Assembly (NCBI GenBank): GCA_049840735.1
Contig: JASGJN010000006.1
Coordinates: 1 to 64,000, forward strand
Length of the DNA stretch: 64,000 nt
Reading direction: 5' to 3'
DNA from: Anaeromyxobacter sp.
GTDB taxonomy: Bacteria > Myxococcota > Myxococcia > Myxococcales > Anaeromyxobacteraceae
Under the pieces are notes generated by a model that searched no databases, was not told the origin of the DNA, and saw only the letters and a program-made list of their open reading frames with translations. This document shows, one piece after another, positions 23,833-34,289 of this stretch. Every line of letters begins with the position of its first letter. Positions within the stretch are counted from its first letter, which is position 1. A program made the position numbers and the translations under genes.

Positions 23833-24822
23833 ATGCCCACGCCCGTCCTCCTCTTCTCGCACCCCGACTGCCAGGACCACTTGACCGGCCCGGAGCACCC
23901 GGAGTCGGCGGCGCGCCTGGCGGCCATCGAGGCGGCGCTGGCGGCGGAGCCGGCGCTGGCCGGGCTGCCGGTGGAGGCGCCGCCTCCGGCCGGCGAGGCC
24001 GACCTGCTGCGGGTCCACACGCCCGCCCTGCTGGCGCGGATCCGCGCCCACGTCGCGGCGGCCGGGGCCACGCGCAGCCTGGACTGGCTGGAGCCGGAGA
24101 CGCCGGTGTCGGCCGGCTCGGAGCGGGCCGCGCTGGCCTCGGCGGGCTGCGCGATCGCGGCGGCGCGCGCGGTGGCCTCGGGCCGGGCGGCCGCGGCCTT
24201 CGCCCTGGGCCGGCCGCCCGGGCACCACGCCGCGCCGGATCGGGCCGGCGGCTACTGCCTCTTCAACAACGTCGCGGTGGCGGCGCGCGCGGTCCAGGCG
24301 GACGGGCTGGCGGAGCGGGTCCTGATCCTGGACTGGGACGTCCACCACGGCGACGGCACGCAGGCGGTCTTCTGGGAGGACCCCTCGGTCTACCTGCTCT
24401 CGGTGCACCTCTGGCCCCACTACCCGGGCACCGGCGCGCCGGAGGAGCGGGGCGCCGGGCCCGGCCGGCACACCACCCGCAACGTGCCGGTGCCGCACGG
24501 CACGACGCCGGCGGGCTACCGGGCGCTGGTCGCCGACGCGCTGGAGGCGGCGCTGGCGGAGTTCACGCCCGACCTGCTGCTGGTCTCGGCCGGCTTCGAC
24601 ACGCTGGCGGACGATCCGCAGGGGGGGCTCCACCTCGAGCCGCCCGACTTCCACGCGCTCACCGCCGACGTGCTGGCCAGCGCGGCGGCCGCCGGCTGCA
24701 GCCGCGTCGCCGCCGTGCTGGAGGGCGGCTACGTCCCGGCGCGGGTGGGGCGCGCGGTGGTGCAGGTGGTGCGGGCGCTGGCCGGGCTGCCGGCGGCGGC
24801 CCATGCGCCAGAGCGCGCCTAG
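23833..24822 (+). CDS. Histone deacetylase-family protein
   Basis: HPE..RL, RPPGHHA, GYCLFNN, DWDVHHGDGT, SAGFD, LEGGY. Confidence 0.95.
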   Translation: MPTPVLLFSHPDCQDHLTGPEHPESAARLAAIEAALAAEPALAGLPVEAPPPAGEADLLRVHTPALLARIRAHVAAAGATRSLDWLEPETPVSAGSERAALASAGCAIAAARAVASGRAAAAFALGRPPGHHAAPDRAGGYCLFNNVAVAARAVQADGLAERVLILDWDVHHGDGTQAVFWEDPSVYLLSVHLWPHYPGTGAPEERGAGPGRHTTRNVPVPHGTTPAGYRALVADALEAALAEFTPDLLLVSAGFDTLADDPQGGLHLEPPDFHALTADVLASAAAAGCSRVAAVLEGGYVPARVGRAVVQVVRALAGLPAAAHAPERA

Positions 24823-25700
24823 GCCGACACCGCGCTGCGCCCGGTCTCCCGGAGGGCCTCTAGCAGCGCCATGAAGTCGCGGAGCCCCAGCTCGGTGCTG
24901 AAGCCGCCCCAGACCTCGGCCGGCAAGGTCGCGAACAGGACGCGATCCTCCGCCTGCCCCGGTTCGAGGAGCAGGGCGGGCTCCGCGTGGACTACGCCAC
25001 CCATGCCGCGGTGGTGACCTCGCGCCAGGCGCCGGACCAGCCGCACGGCCTGCGCCGACTGCTCGATGGAGAGGGCGCGCCGGCCTCCCTCGAAGCCGGT
25101 CGCGGGCGTCCATCGCACCGGCGTGAGCAGGTCGAGGGGACACGACGCCTCGAGGAGCAACCGGCACCAGAGCGGCGTGGGCTCCTCCGTCGACCGGCCC
25201 ACCAGGACCGTGACGGTGACCTCGCGCCCATCCATCATCACCTGGACGCTGAGCTGGTGCTGGAGCTGGATGAGGCTGGTGGACTGCACGAACTGCTGCC
25301 ACGACGTCCGTGCGTCCGCGGGCGGCCCCTGCTTGATCGGGCAGTGCCTGGCGGTGACGCTGTCCGGGGAGGCTCCGGGCACCTCGCGGCAGATCATCCG
25401 GACCAGGCGTGCCAGGTGATCCTCCGGGGAGAAGCCCCTCATGGCCCAGTCGAGCTGGCCCGGGCGCCAGCTGGCCGGGCGGAGGAGCCCCCGGATTAGG
25501 AAGTAGAGCCCGCCGATCAGGCCCCCCAGGAAGAAGAACACGGCGAAGAAGCTGACCGCCGCGAGCGCTTCCGGAGCGCCGAGGGAGAGGGCCAGGACGA
25601 TCCCCGCCATCGCCACCAGCGAGCCCGCTGAACAGAGGAGGAAGGCGCGGGCGTTTCCCAGCAGCTCGGCCCGCGTCATGGTCCCGACGTCCTTGCGCAT
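24819..25700 (-). CDS. Hypothetical protein with two N-terminal TM helices
   Basis: Strong RBS GGGAGG; non-shadow amino-acid composition; no family recognised. Confidence 0.7.
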   Translation of the reverse strand: MRKDVGTMTRAELLGNARAFLLCSAGSLVAMAGIVLALSLGAPEALAAVSFFAVFFFLGGLIGGLYFLIRGLLRPASWRPGQLDWAMRGFSPEDHLARLVRMICREVPGASPDSVTARHCPIKQGPPADARTSWQQFVQSTSLIQLQHQLSVQVMMDGREVTVTVLVGRSTEEPTPLWCRLLLEASCPLDLLTPVRWTPATGFEGGRRALSIEQSAQAVRLVRRLARGHHRGMGGVVHAEPALLLEPGQAEDRVLFATLPAEVWGGFSTELGLRDFMALLEALRETGRSAVSA

Positions 25701-25750
25701 CAGTCCTCCCCGGCGGACTGCGATCTGGTCCCGCTGCTTCGCGTGAGCGG

Positions 25751-26644
25751 TCAGTACACGTCCGGCGGCGAGACCTCGAGGGCCACGCCCTCGGGCCGGT
25801 CCGGCGTCCAGATCAGCGCGTGGGGGGAAGCCTTCACCACCGCCTCGGTGCAGGGCGCGTCCGGCGCCACCCGCTCGCCGGCCAGCACCGCGGCGCGGAA
25901 GATGACCACCGCGGCGTGGCGCTGATCACCGTCCAGGTCGGACTCCGCGCAGATGGCCAGGGCCTGCGGCCCGCCGGGCTCGCCCACCGCCTCCACCGCG
26001 AAGCGGGCCCAGCCGGACGGGACCGGCCAGCCCAGGTCGGCCGCCGCGGCCAGGTCGGCGTCGGAGAAGGTGAGCCGGAGGTTGCTGGGATCGCCCAGCG
26101 CCGGGAGGGCCTCCAGCGCCTCGAAGCCCTGCCCCGACCGCAGCCGCGCCTGCTCGGCCCGGTCCAGCGCCTCGGCCTCGCGCCGGATCAGCGCCACCTT
26201 GTCCTCGAGCCGCTCCTCCACCAGCCGCGGGATCACCACCGGCCAGGCGACCACCGCCGCGGTCACCAGCGCCGCGAAGATCGCCGCGGCGATCCAGACC
26301 GGCCGGGCGCCGCCGCGCGGGCCGGTGTACCGCTCGTGGAAGTCGGTCTCCCGCATGAAGAGCAGCATCACCAGCTCGGCCAGCGAGGCGAGCATGGGGA
26401 CCAGGGTCCAGGAGAAGAGCAGGTAGAGCGTCCCCCAGACCGGGCGGCCCAGGTAGAACTTGTGGGCTCCCATGAAGCCCAGGAGCGCGGTCAGCAGGAT
26501 GGCGTGGAGCTTGGTCTTCTGCCCGGTTGGCCCTGTCGGCCCGGGCGCCTGGGGCGGCTGCTCCGGCGCGGGCGCCTCCTCCACCGGGGGCCCGGCTCCC
26601 CCCAGGGCGGGGTCGACGTCGATGCTGGGGAGCTGCTCGCGCAT
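25751..26644 (-). CDS. TM2/NINE-domain membrane protein with extracytoplasmic C-terminal domain
   Basis: LLGFMGAHKFYLG...GTLYLLFSWT TM2 signature, further TM helix, C-terminal CAESDLDGD...C. Confidence 0.85.
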   Translation of the reverse strand: MREQLPSIDVDPALGGAGPPVEEAPAPEQPPQAPGPTGPTGQKTKLHAILLTALLGFMGAHKFYLGRPVWGTLYLLFSWTLVPMLASLAELVMLLFMRETDFHERYTGPRGGARPVWIAAAIFAALVTAAVVAWPVVIPRLVEERLEDKVALIRREAEALDRAEQARLRSGQGFEALEALPALGDPSNLRLTFSDADLAAAADLGWPVPSGWARFAVEAVGEPGGPQALAICAESDLDGDQRHAAVVIFRAAVLAGERVAPDAPCTEAVVKASPHALIWTPDRPEGVALEVSPPDVY

Positions 26645-26721
26645 GTGTCCTCGGTGCCCCCACGTCGGAGGGGGCACCGTAGTCCGGCGGCCCGGCCCCG
26701 TACCAGGGTAGATTGCCGCGC

Positions 26722-27435
26722 ATGCCTCCGGGACTCCCACCCGCCCGCACAGCCCCATGGCCGCCCTGGGCCCGCAACCGCCGCGCCCTGCTGGCCGCGC
26801 TGGCGGGCGCCGGGTTCCTGGTCGCGGGCGCGGCGGGGTGGGCGAGCGACGGCGGCGCGCGCGCCGACCTGGTGCTGGCGGCCGAGGCCGCCGCGCTGCT
26901 GGCCTGGACCGCCGGCGTCATGGCGGCGGTGCGCCGGCCGCCGCGCCCGCACGCGCCGCGCCTGGACGGCGCGCCGCTGCTGCAGGCGGCCGGGGTGCGC
27001 CGGCACGGGGCGGCGCTGGTGCTGCTGCCGCTCCTCACCGCCGCGGCGGCGGGGTTGTTCACGCACCGTGACGAGCCGGGCAGCCTGCTGCTGCTGGGCG
27101 TGCTGGCGTTCGGCGCGCTGGCCTGGCTGGCCACGCGGCCGGCCCGCGCCTTCCGGCTGCTGCAGGAGGGGCTGGAGCTGCGGGCCCGCGGGCGCCCCTT
27201 CGCGCTGGTCCGCTTCGAGCGGCTGCGCGAGGTCCGGGTGGAGACGTTCAAGGCGCACGCCGGGCTGGTGCTGCTGGGCCAGGAGGGCGAGCCCTCGGCG
27301 GGCGTGAGCGTGTGGCTGGACGGCAGCCCGGAGCTGGCCGCGGCGCTGCTGGAGCGCGCCCCAGGCGCGGCGCTGGAGGGGGAGGGCGTCCGGCACCGGC
27401 TGGCGGTCCTGGCCGCGGAGCTGCGCCGCGCCTGA
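26722..27435 (+). CDS. Hypothetical multi-pass membrane protein
   Basis: Four hydrophobic segments and a soluble C-terminus; TAGATT 7 nt before ATG. Confidence 0.65.
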   Translation: MPPGLPPARTAPWPPWARNRRALLAALAGAGFLVAGAAGWASDGGARADLVLAAEAAALLAWTAGVMAAVRRPPRPHAPRLDGAPLLQAAGVRRHGAALVLLPLLTAAAAGLFTHRDEPGSLLLLGVLAFGALAWLATRPARAFRLLQEGLELRARGRPFALVRFERLREVRVETFKAHAGLVLLGQEGEPSAGVSVWLDGSPELAAALLERAPGAALEGEGVRHRLAVLAAELRRA

Positions 27436-27535
27436 CCAACCGCCCCGGTGGCCTGGCGCCCGGAGCCGGAGCCGGCCCCTGGCCCCGGCCCCATGTGGCC
27501 GGCCCCGTCGCCCGCACCCGCGGTATGGTCGCCGC

Positions 27536-28283
27536 ATGGCCATGCGCTTCGTCCCGATCGGCGTCGGCGATGCCTTCTCCGCGCTCCACTACTCCAGCAG
27601 CGTGGCGGTGGAGGCCGGCGGGCGCTGGCTGCTGGTGGACTGCCCGCACCCCATCCGCAAGGTGCTGCGGGAGGCCTCGAGCCGCTCCGGCGCCGCGCTC
27701 GACGTCGGCGCGTTCGAGGCGGTGGTGCTCACCCACCTGCACGCGGATCACTGCGCCGGGCTGGAGGACTTCGCCTTCTTCGCGCGCTTCGCGCTGCACC
27801 GCCGGGTGAAGCTGGTGGCGCACCCCGAGGTGCTGGCGCGCGTCTGGGAGGGACGGCTCGCCGCCGGAATGGACCAGACGGTCGACCCGGCCACCTGGGC
27901 GCCGAGCCGGAAGGAGCTGGAGGACTTCTTCGAGCCGATCGCGCTCGAGGAGGGGCGGCCGCTCGAGGTGGCCGGGTTCGAGCTGCGCTGCCGGCGCACG
28001 CGCCACCCGGTCCCCACCACCGCGCTCCGGATCCGCGCCGGCGAGCGCACGCTGGGGCTCTCCGCCGACACCGCCTTCGATCCGGCGCTGATCCGCTGGC
28101 TGGCCGAGGCCGATTCTGTTCCTGCACGAGACCGGCGGCGGCATCCACACGCCCTACGCCGCGCTGGCGGCGCTGCCGGGCGACGTGCGCGGCCGCCTGC
28201 GCCTCATCCACTACCCGGACGACCTGGCCGGGCAGGACGGGGTGGTGGAGCGGCTGCAGGAGGGGCGCAGCTACGCCGTCTGA
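27536..28283 (+). CDS. Metallo-beta-lactamase-fold hydrolase, RNase Z-like (frameshift near 28114)
   Basis: GVGDAFS, THLHADH, SADT; GATTC->GATC restores ADLFLHE...HTPY...IHYPD. Confidence 0.85.
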
Positions 28284-29782
28284 TCATGGGCCGGCGCGGC
28301 CAGCAGCGGCGGCAGCCGCCGCGCCCAGGGCCGGGCCGCCTCCACCTGCGCCGCCAGCCGGAAGAGCGTGGCCTCGTCGCCGTGGCGCGCCGCCACCTGC
28401 ACGCCCACCGGCAGCCCGTCGCCGGTCCAGCCCAGCGGCAGCGACATGGCCGGCTGGCCGGTCTGGTTGAAGAGCATGGTGTTGCCGGTGGCGTCGAAGG
28501 CCCGCTGCCCCACCGCCGCGAACATGGCGTCGAGCAGCGCCCGCAGCGGCAGGTGCTCCACCAGCCGCACCCCCAGCCGCTCCAGCCCGCGGGCCTGCAG
28601 CGCCCCCAGCGGCAGCGGCGGCTGGGCCTGGGTGGCCGTGACCAGCAGGTCGTAGCGGGCGTGGAACGCGGCCAGGGCGCGCGCGGCGCGGTGCATCTCC
28701 ACCTCGGCCTCGGCCAGCTCCCAGGCCCGCAGCCGGCGCCCGGCCGCGGCCAGCGCGGCCGTCTCCGGCTCCAGCTCGCCGCGCCGCGGGCCGCGCCCCA
28801 GGTCCCGCCGCCGCTCGCGCACGTCCAGCGCCACCTGGGCGGAGAGCACCACCAGGTAGGCGCGGATGAGCCGCTCGCGGTGCAGGTCGGGGTGGGCCTC
28901 CTCCACCTCGTGGCCCAGCTCGGCCAGCAGCCGCGCCGCGTCCTCCACCGCCGCGGCGCAGGCCGGGTGCGTGGCGTGGGCCAGCAGGGGCCGGCGCGTG
29001 ACCGCGATGCGCAGCGCGCCGGGGGGCGTGCGGACCTCCTCGAGGAAGGGGCGGGCCTGCGGCGGCGCCGGCCAGGGATCGCCCGGCGCCCCGCCGGCCA
29101 GCACGTCCAGCAGCGCCGCCGAGTCGCGCACCGAGCGGGTCAGCACGCCCTCCACGGTCAGGCCGCTCATGTGGTGACCCAGCAGCGGCCCCAGCGCCAC
29201 CCGGCCGCGGCTGGGCTTGAGCGCGAAGAGCGCGCAGCAGGAGGCGGGCATGCGCAGCGAGCCGCCGCTGTCGTTGCCATGGGCGGCCGGCACGATGCGG
29301 GCCGCCACCGCCGCGGCGCTGCCGCCGGAGCTGCCGCCGGGCGTGCGCGCCAGGTCCCAGGGGTTCCGGCTCGGCCCCATGGCCGCCGGCTCGGTGACCG
29401 GCACGATGCCCAGCTCCGAGGCGCGGGTCTGGCCGAACGGGATCAAGCCGGCGGCGAGCAGCCGGTGCACCACCAGGCTGTCCTCCGGCGGGACGTGGCC
29501 GGCGAAGTAGCGCGAGCCGCTGGTGAGGGGGTGGCCGGCCCAGGCGGTGAGGTGGTCCTTGAGCAGGAACGGCACGCCGCTCAGCGGCCCGGGCGGCAGC
29601 GGCCCGGCGGCGCGCGCCCGCGCCTCGTCGTCGAAGCGGCGGGCCAGCGCCCCCAGCGCGGGATCGCGGGCGTCGGCCCGCTCCAGCGCCGCCTCCAGGA
29701 GCTCGGCCGCGGGCACCTGGCCGCGCCGGACCAGGTCGGCCAGCGCCAGCGCGTCCAGCTGGTCGTACTCCGGCAGGCGCAT
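28271..29782 (-). CDS. Amidase signature family protein
   Basis: GVPFLLKD, NPWDLARTPGGSSGGS, DSGGSLRMPAS. Confidence 0.95.
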   Translation of the reverse strand: MRLPEYDQLDALALADLVRRGQVPAAELLEAALERADARDPALGALARRFDDEARARAAGPLPPGPLSGVPFLLKDHLTAWAGHPLTSGSRYFAGHVPPEDSLVVHRLLAAGLIPFGQTRASELGIVPVTEPAAMGPSRNPWDLARTPGGSSGGSAAAVAARIVPAAHGNDSGGSLRMPASCCALFALKPSRGRVALGPLLGHHMSGLTVEGVLTRSVRDSAALLDVLAGGAPGDPWPAPPQARPFLEEVRTPPGALRIAVTRRPLLAHATHPACAAAVEDAARLLAELGHEVEEAHPDLHRERLIRAYLVVLSAQVALDVRERRRDLGRGPRRGELEPETAALAAAGRRLRAWELAEAEVEMHRAARALAAFHARYDLLVTATQAQPPLPLGALQARGLERLGVRLVEHLPLRALLDAMFAAVGQRAFDATGNTMLFNQTGQPAMSLPLGWTGDGLPVGVQVAARHGDEATLFRLAAQVEAARPWARRLPPLLAAPAHDQTA

Positions 29783-30150
29783 CCGCGGGCTCCCGTGGCG
29801 CGGCCCAGGCAGCCGCGGCCGCCCGAGTCTAGCGCGCCGCGCGCCGCCGTGGACGGACCGTGAACGGCCCCTCGGGGGTGGCGGGGCAGGGCAGAGCAGA
29901 GGGGGCGTGCTGCCCAAGGGCGCCGGCAGGGCGTCGGGCCTCGGCTCCGCGTGGAGGCGGCGGCGTCCCGCTCGATGCACGCGGGAGGTCGCACACCGGG
30001 CCCCCTGGAGACCCACGGGTGCGGGCGGGCGGGAGCCTCCGGGGAAGCGCGCGCTGGTGCGAAGGACGCTCACCTGGCCAGCGCCGTGCGCTCCTGTTAA
30101 TCCTCCTGGCAGGCGCGCCGTGGGGGCACAAGCGCGTCCGGGTGAACCGC

Positions 30151-31694
30151 ATGAGGCATGAAGTTCCCGCCATCGACGAGGGGGCGTTCCGCGAGGTGGC
30201 GCGCCCCCGCGCCGCCGCGCTGCTGGGGCTGGCCGGCCGCCTGGCCGGCGCCGACCTGGCCCAGCCGGGCGTGGCCCAGGAGGTCCTGACCCGGCCGCTG
30301 CTGGCCAACCTCGTGGCCGAGGCCATGCTGCTGGAGGAGTTCCTCGACGCCTACGGCGCGCTCCGGAACCAGCGCTGGCGCGGGTTCCGCGGCGTGGTGG
30401 CGGCCCTAAGCTCTTCGCGCACGTGGACTACGCCCAGGCCCACCTCACCCACGCCATCCCCCACTACCGGCTCCTCACCGAGGAGCGTGAGCTGCGCGAG
30501 GCGCTGGGCGAGGCGCGCCGCTTCACGGCCGAGGTCCTGCACGTCGCCAGCCGCCGGCTGCTGGCGCTGGCCGGGCCGCTGGGGCTCGGGGCCGAGCCGG
30601 TGGCGTGCTGCGAGGAGCGGCTCCCGGCCGGGCGCCTGGCGCAGGACTGCGCGCTGCGCCACGTGGACGACGTGGCCGGCACGGTGGCGCGCCTGGCCAC
30701 GGCCTTCCTCAACCTCACCGAGGAGGCCAGCGCGCTCTCCCCCGAGCCCGGCTGCGCGCGCCCGCCCCTCCCGCGCGAGCACGAGCTGCGGCGGCTGGCC
30801 GAGGACTTCCACAACCTGCAGGCGCTCTACGACACCCACGTGGCCCACACCGACGTGGAGACCGCCGACGCCGACCTGCGCTCGCTCCGCGGCCACGCCT
30901 CGGTCGTCTACCACCTGCTGGAGACGGCCACCGACCTCAGCCACTACCACGAGCGCCACGTGCTCCACGTGGCCCCGGAGAGCAGCCCCTCGCGGCTCTT
31001 CTGCGAGCAGCCCGGGTGCATCGCGCCGGAGCGCCTGGAGCAGGTGCTGCGGGGCTGCTCGCTGGAGCACGCCGCGCGGTGCGTGCGCGCCGGCCGGCTC
31101 CTGGCGCAGCAGCTGCTCCGCCGCTACGCCGAGGAGGGCGAGGTGACGGTCCCGGTGCCGCGCTACCGCGGCTTCCACGTCCGCCCCTCCACGCTGGTCG
31201 CGCGCGTCACCTACCACTACGGCAGCCCGGTCACGATGGCGCTGGAGGACGAGACCTACGACGCCTCCTCGCCCATGGAGCTGTTCCGGGCCAACGAGCT
31301 CATCAACGCGCGCAAGCGGCGCTGGCTGGCGCAGGAGATCGGGCGCATGGTGGACGGCGCCGGCGCGCCGCCCGCCGCCGACGTGGACCGCGCCGTCCGC
31401 GGCGTGCTGATGCGCCTGGCGGAGGAGGCCAAGGTGGTGCTCTACGAGCACCCGCTCCCGCCGCTGGAGGGGACCCCCGACCCGGCGCGGCCGGTGCTGG
31501 CCTTCATCGTGGACGCGGTGGCCCGGCTGCAGGCGCTGGGCAAGATTGACATCGTGACCGCGGTCCCGGTCACCTTCCGCGGCGACAAGCGGGTGCTGGC
31601 CGACCTCGAGCGGCTGGCCGCGAGCGGCTACGGCGAGGACGCCCACGGCAACAACATCCCGCTGCCGCCGGAGCTGGCCTACCTCCGGCGGTGA
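30151..31694 (+). CDS. Large protein with C-terminal split HPr-like phosphocarrier domain (frameshift near 30407)
   Basis: GFHVRPSTLV (HPr His15-type motif), YDASS (Ser46-type), C-terminal VTFRGD...LAASGYGE; long helical N-terminal region. Confidence 0.75.
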
Positions 31695-31703
31695 CCGGCC
31701 CGC

Positions 31704-32090
31704 TCACTGCTTGAGCTGGGGCCGGTGGCCGCCCTCCTCGTCGAACGCGTGCACCAGCACGAAGTGGTAGACCGCGTACGGCTCGTCGCCGCCGCCGCCC
31801 CACAGCTCGAAGAGGAAGTGACCCGCCTCGCCGTCCGGGTCCGGGCCGGCCTGCACGAACAGGACGTCCCGCACCTCGATGGCCAGCTCGCCCAGCAGCT
31901 GCTTGCCGCGCTGCAGCTGGACCAGCGGGACCCGGTCCTCGTCCTCCTCCAGGTGCCAGTGCAGGTCCTCGTGGTCGTAGAGCGTGGCCTCGGGGGTGCC
32001 GGCGCGCAGGATGCAGTTGGGGTGGCGCTTGAGCCACCGCCAGAAGCGGTCGAAGGTGAGGGTGGATCCGGTCTCGACGGTGACGGCCAT
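31704..32090 (-). CDS. Hypothetical protein (128 aa)
   Basis: MAVTVETGSTLTFDRFWRWLKRHPNC...; high GC3 codon usage; TATATT 6 nt before ATG. Confidence 0.8.
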   Translation of the reverse strand: MAVTVETGSTLTFDRFWRWLKRHPNCILRAGTPEATLYDHEDLHWHLEEDEDRVPLVQLQRGKQLLGELAIEVRDVLFVQAGPDPDGEAGHFLFELWGGGGDEPYAVYHFVLVHAFDEEGGHRPQLKQ

Positions 32091-32143
32091 GGCCGGAATA
32101 TACCGGCAGCCGGGCGCGCGCGGGGAGGCGCGTTGCCGCCCGG

Positions 32144-34177
32144 TCAGCCGCGGTGGGGGCGGGGGGCGTCCAGGGCCGAGCGCACCCGGGCCAGCAGCTC
32201 CTCCGGCTGGAACGGCTTGGGCAGGAGATCGGCGGGGTCGAGCCCCTGCGCGGCCGCGCGCCCGCCCCCGGCGTAGCCGCTCACGTACAGGACGGCCACG
32301 CCGGGCTGGCGCCGCCGGAGCTGCTCCACCAGGGCCGGCCCGGACAGGCCGGGCATGACCACGTCGGTCACCACCATGCGCAGGTCGGGCATGGTCTCCG
32401 CCGCGGCCAGGCCGGCCGCCCCGTTGGCGGCCTCGGTCACGTGGTAGCCGGCGCCGTCGAGCACGCGCCGGGCCAGGGCCCGCACGCCCGGGTCGTCCTC
32501 GACCAGCAGCACCGCCTCGCTGCCGCCGCGCGGCGCCACCGGGCCGGCCGGCGCGGGGCGCTGCACCTGGGCGGCGGCCCGGGGCAGGAAGATCCGGAAG
32601 CACGCGCCGCGCCCCGGGCTCGACTCCACCGTCACCGCGCCGCCGCTCTGGGCCACGATGCCGTGGACGGCCGCCAGCCCCAGCCCCGTCCCCTGGCCCC
32701 GCGGCTTGGTGGTGAAGAAGGGCTCGAAGATGCGGGACCGCACCTCGCTGCTCATGCCCACGCCCTCGTCGGAGACCTCCAGCAGCGCCTGCTCCGGCGC
32801 CGCCAGCGTGGAGCCGAGGCCGGCGGCGCGCGCCGCGGGGAGCGCCTGGATCCGGAGCGTGACCGGGCCGCCGGCCGGCATGGCGTCGCGGGCGTTGGCC
32901 ACCAGGTTCACCACCACCTGCTCGAGCTGCGCCCGGTCGGCCATCACCGGGGCCGGCGCGGCGCGGTCCAGCACCAGCTTGTGCTGCTCGCCCAGCATCC
33001 GCTCCAGCAGCCGGCGCAGCCCCTCCACCGCCTCGCCCAGCTCGAGCGGCTCCGGGCGGCGCACCTCGCGCCGGGCGAAGGCCAGCAGCTGCCGGGTCAG
33101 CGCCACGCCCCGGCGGTGGGCCTCGGCGATTCCGCCGCCCAGCTCGCGGACGGCCGGATCGCGGTGCTCCTGGAGCAGGGCGGCGTTGCCGCCCATCACG
33201 GTGAGCAGGTTGTTGAAGTCGTGGGCCACGCCGCCGGCCAGGCCGCCCACCGTCTCCAGCCGCTGGGCGTGGCCCAGCCGCTCGTCCAGCTGCCGCCGCT
33301 CGGTGACGTCGCGGACCACCCGCAGCGCCCCGGCCGCCTCGCCCTCGCCGAAGCGGGTGCGGGCGGAGATCTCCAGCATGCGGGTCTGCCCCCCGGGCCG
33401 GCGCAGCGTCACCGGCACCGGCGCGCCCTCCCGCGCGGCGTCGAGGTCGAAGCCGGGCTCGGCGCCGGCGGAGCGCAGCGCGTCCTCGAACCGCACCCCG
33501 CGCAGCCACTCGCGCGCCGCGTCCAGCAGCCGCTCGCTGATGGCGTTGACCTCGGTGATCCGGTCCGTGTCGTCCAGGGCCACCAGGCCGTCGGCGGCGT
33601 GCTCGAACAGGGCCAGGTAGCGCTGCCGGTCGCGCTCGGAGCGGGCCACCTGCCCGCGGTAGGCGTGCATGGCGCTGCGGGTGAGCAGCCCCAGCCCGAC
33701 CAGCAGCACCTCCTCCACGATCAGCGCCCGCACGTCCTGGGGCGGGAGCCCGGCCCGCCAGGCGCCGCTGGCATGGACCACCAGCGGCAGGGTCACGGCG
33801 CAGAGCAGCCCCGTCGCCAGCGCGGCGCCGCCGCCGGAGAAGAGACCGGCCGCGACCACCAGGGCGGGGTAGGCGATGGCGTTCACCGAGAGGACCTGGC
33901 CGCGCTCGTAGAACGAGTAGGTGAGCTCCAGCCAGACCACCGCCAGCACCAGCACCGCGGCCAGGCGCGGCCGCCGGGCGGAGATCACCAGCCCGAGGAT
34001 GGTGAGCGCGGCGGCGATCGACTGCCGCGCGTGGGAGGCGCCCCCGGCCTCGGTGTACTGGACCGCCACCGCCAGCAGCGTGTAGCCGGCGGCGGCCGTG
34101 GCGGCGCCGAGCCGGATCCAGGCGGGGGGCGGGCCGGGTGGTGCTGCCGGTCCGGCGTCTGTGGAGAGGCTGGCCAA
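32144..34177 (-). CDS. Membrane hybrid sensor histidine kinase (TM-PAS-HisKA-HATPase-REC)
   Basis: AHDFNN H-box, NLVANARDAM, FEPFFTTK..GTGLGL, LLVEDD...TDVVMP...KP. Confidence 0.95.
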   Translation of the reverse strand: MASLSTDAGPAAPPGPPPAWIRLGAATAAAGYTLLAVAVQYTEAGGASHARQSIAAALTILGLVISARRPRLAAVLVLAVVWLELTYSFYERGQVLSVNAIAYPALVVAAGLFSGGGAALATGLLCAVTLPLVVHASGAWRAGLPPQDVRALIVEEVLLVGLGLLTRSAMHAYRGQVARSERDRQRYLALFEHAADGLVALDDTDRITEVNAISERLLDAAREWLRGVRFEDALRSAGAEPGFDLDAAREGAPVPVTLRRPGGQTRMLEISARTRFGEGEAAGALRVVRDVTERRQLDERLGHAQRLETVGGLAGGVAHDFNNLLTVMGGNAALLQEHRDPAVRELGGGIAEAHRRGVALTRQLLAFARREVRRPEPLELGEAVEGLRRLLERMLGEQHKLVLDRAAPAPVMADRAQLEQVVVNLVANARDAMPAGGPVTLRIQALPAARAAGLGSTLAAPEQALLEVSDEGVGMSSEVRSRIFEPFFTTKPRGQGTGLGLAAVHGIVAQSGGAVTVESSPGRGACFRIFLPRAAAQVQRPAPAGPVAPRGGSEAVLLVEDDPGVRALARRVLDGAGYHVTEAANGAAGLAAAETMPDLRMVVTDVVMPGLSGPALVEQLRRRQPGVAVLYVSGYAGGGRAAAQGLDPADLLPKPFQPEELLARVRSALDAPRPHRG

Positions 34178-34289
34178 TGGGCGATTCCGCGCACCCAGTG
34201 TGACGGATGGCTCCCGACCAGGGCAAGCAGGGGAGGCCAGGGACCCTCGAACCTGTGACCTCGCCTCTCCGGACGCTGGGACGCGGGTC

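Noticed and set aside
29783..30150. About 370-bp intergenic gap as an ncRNA
   Set aside because: No recognisable RNA family motif, and GC-rich pairing alone is not evidence; an Rfam search would be needed
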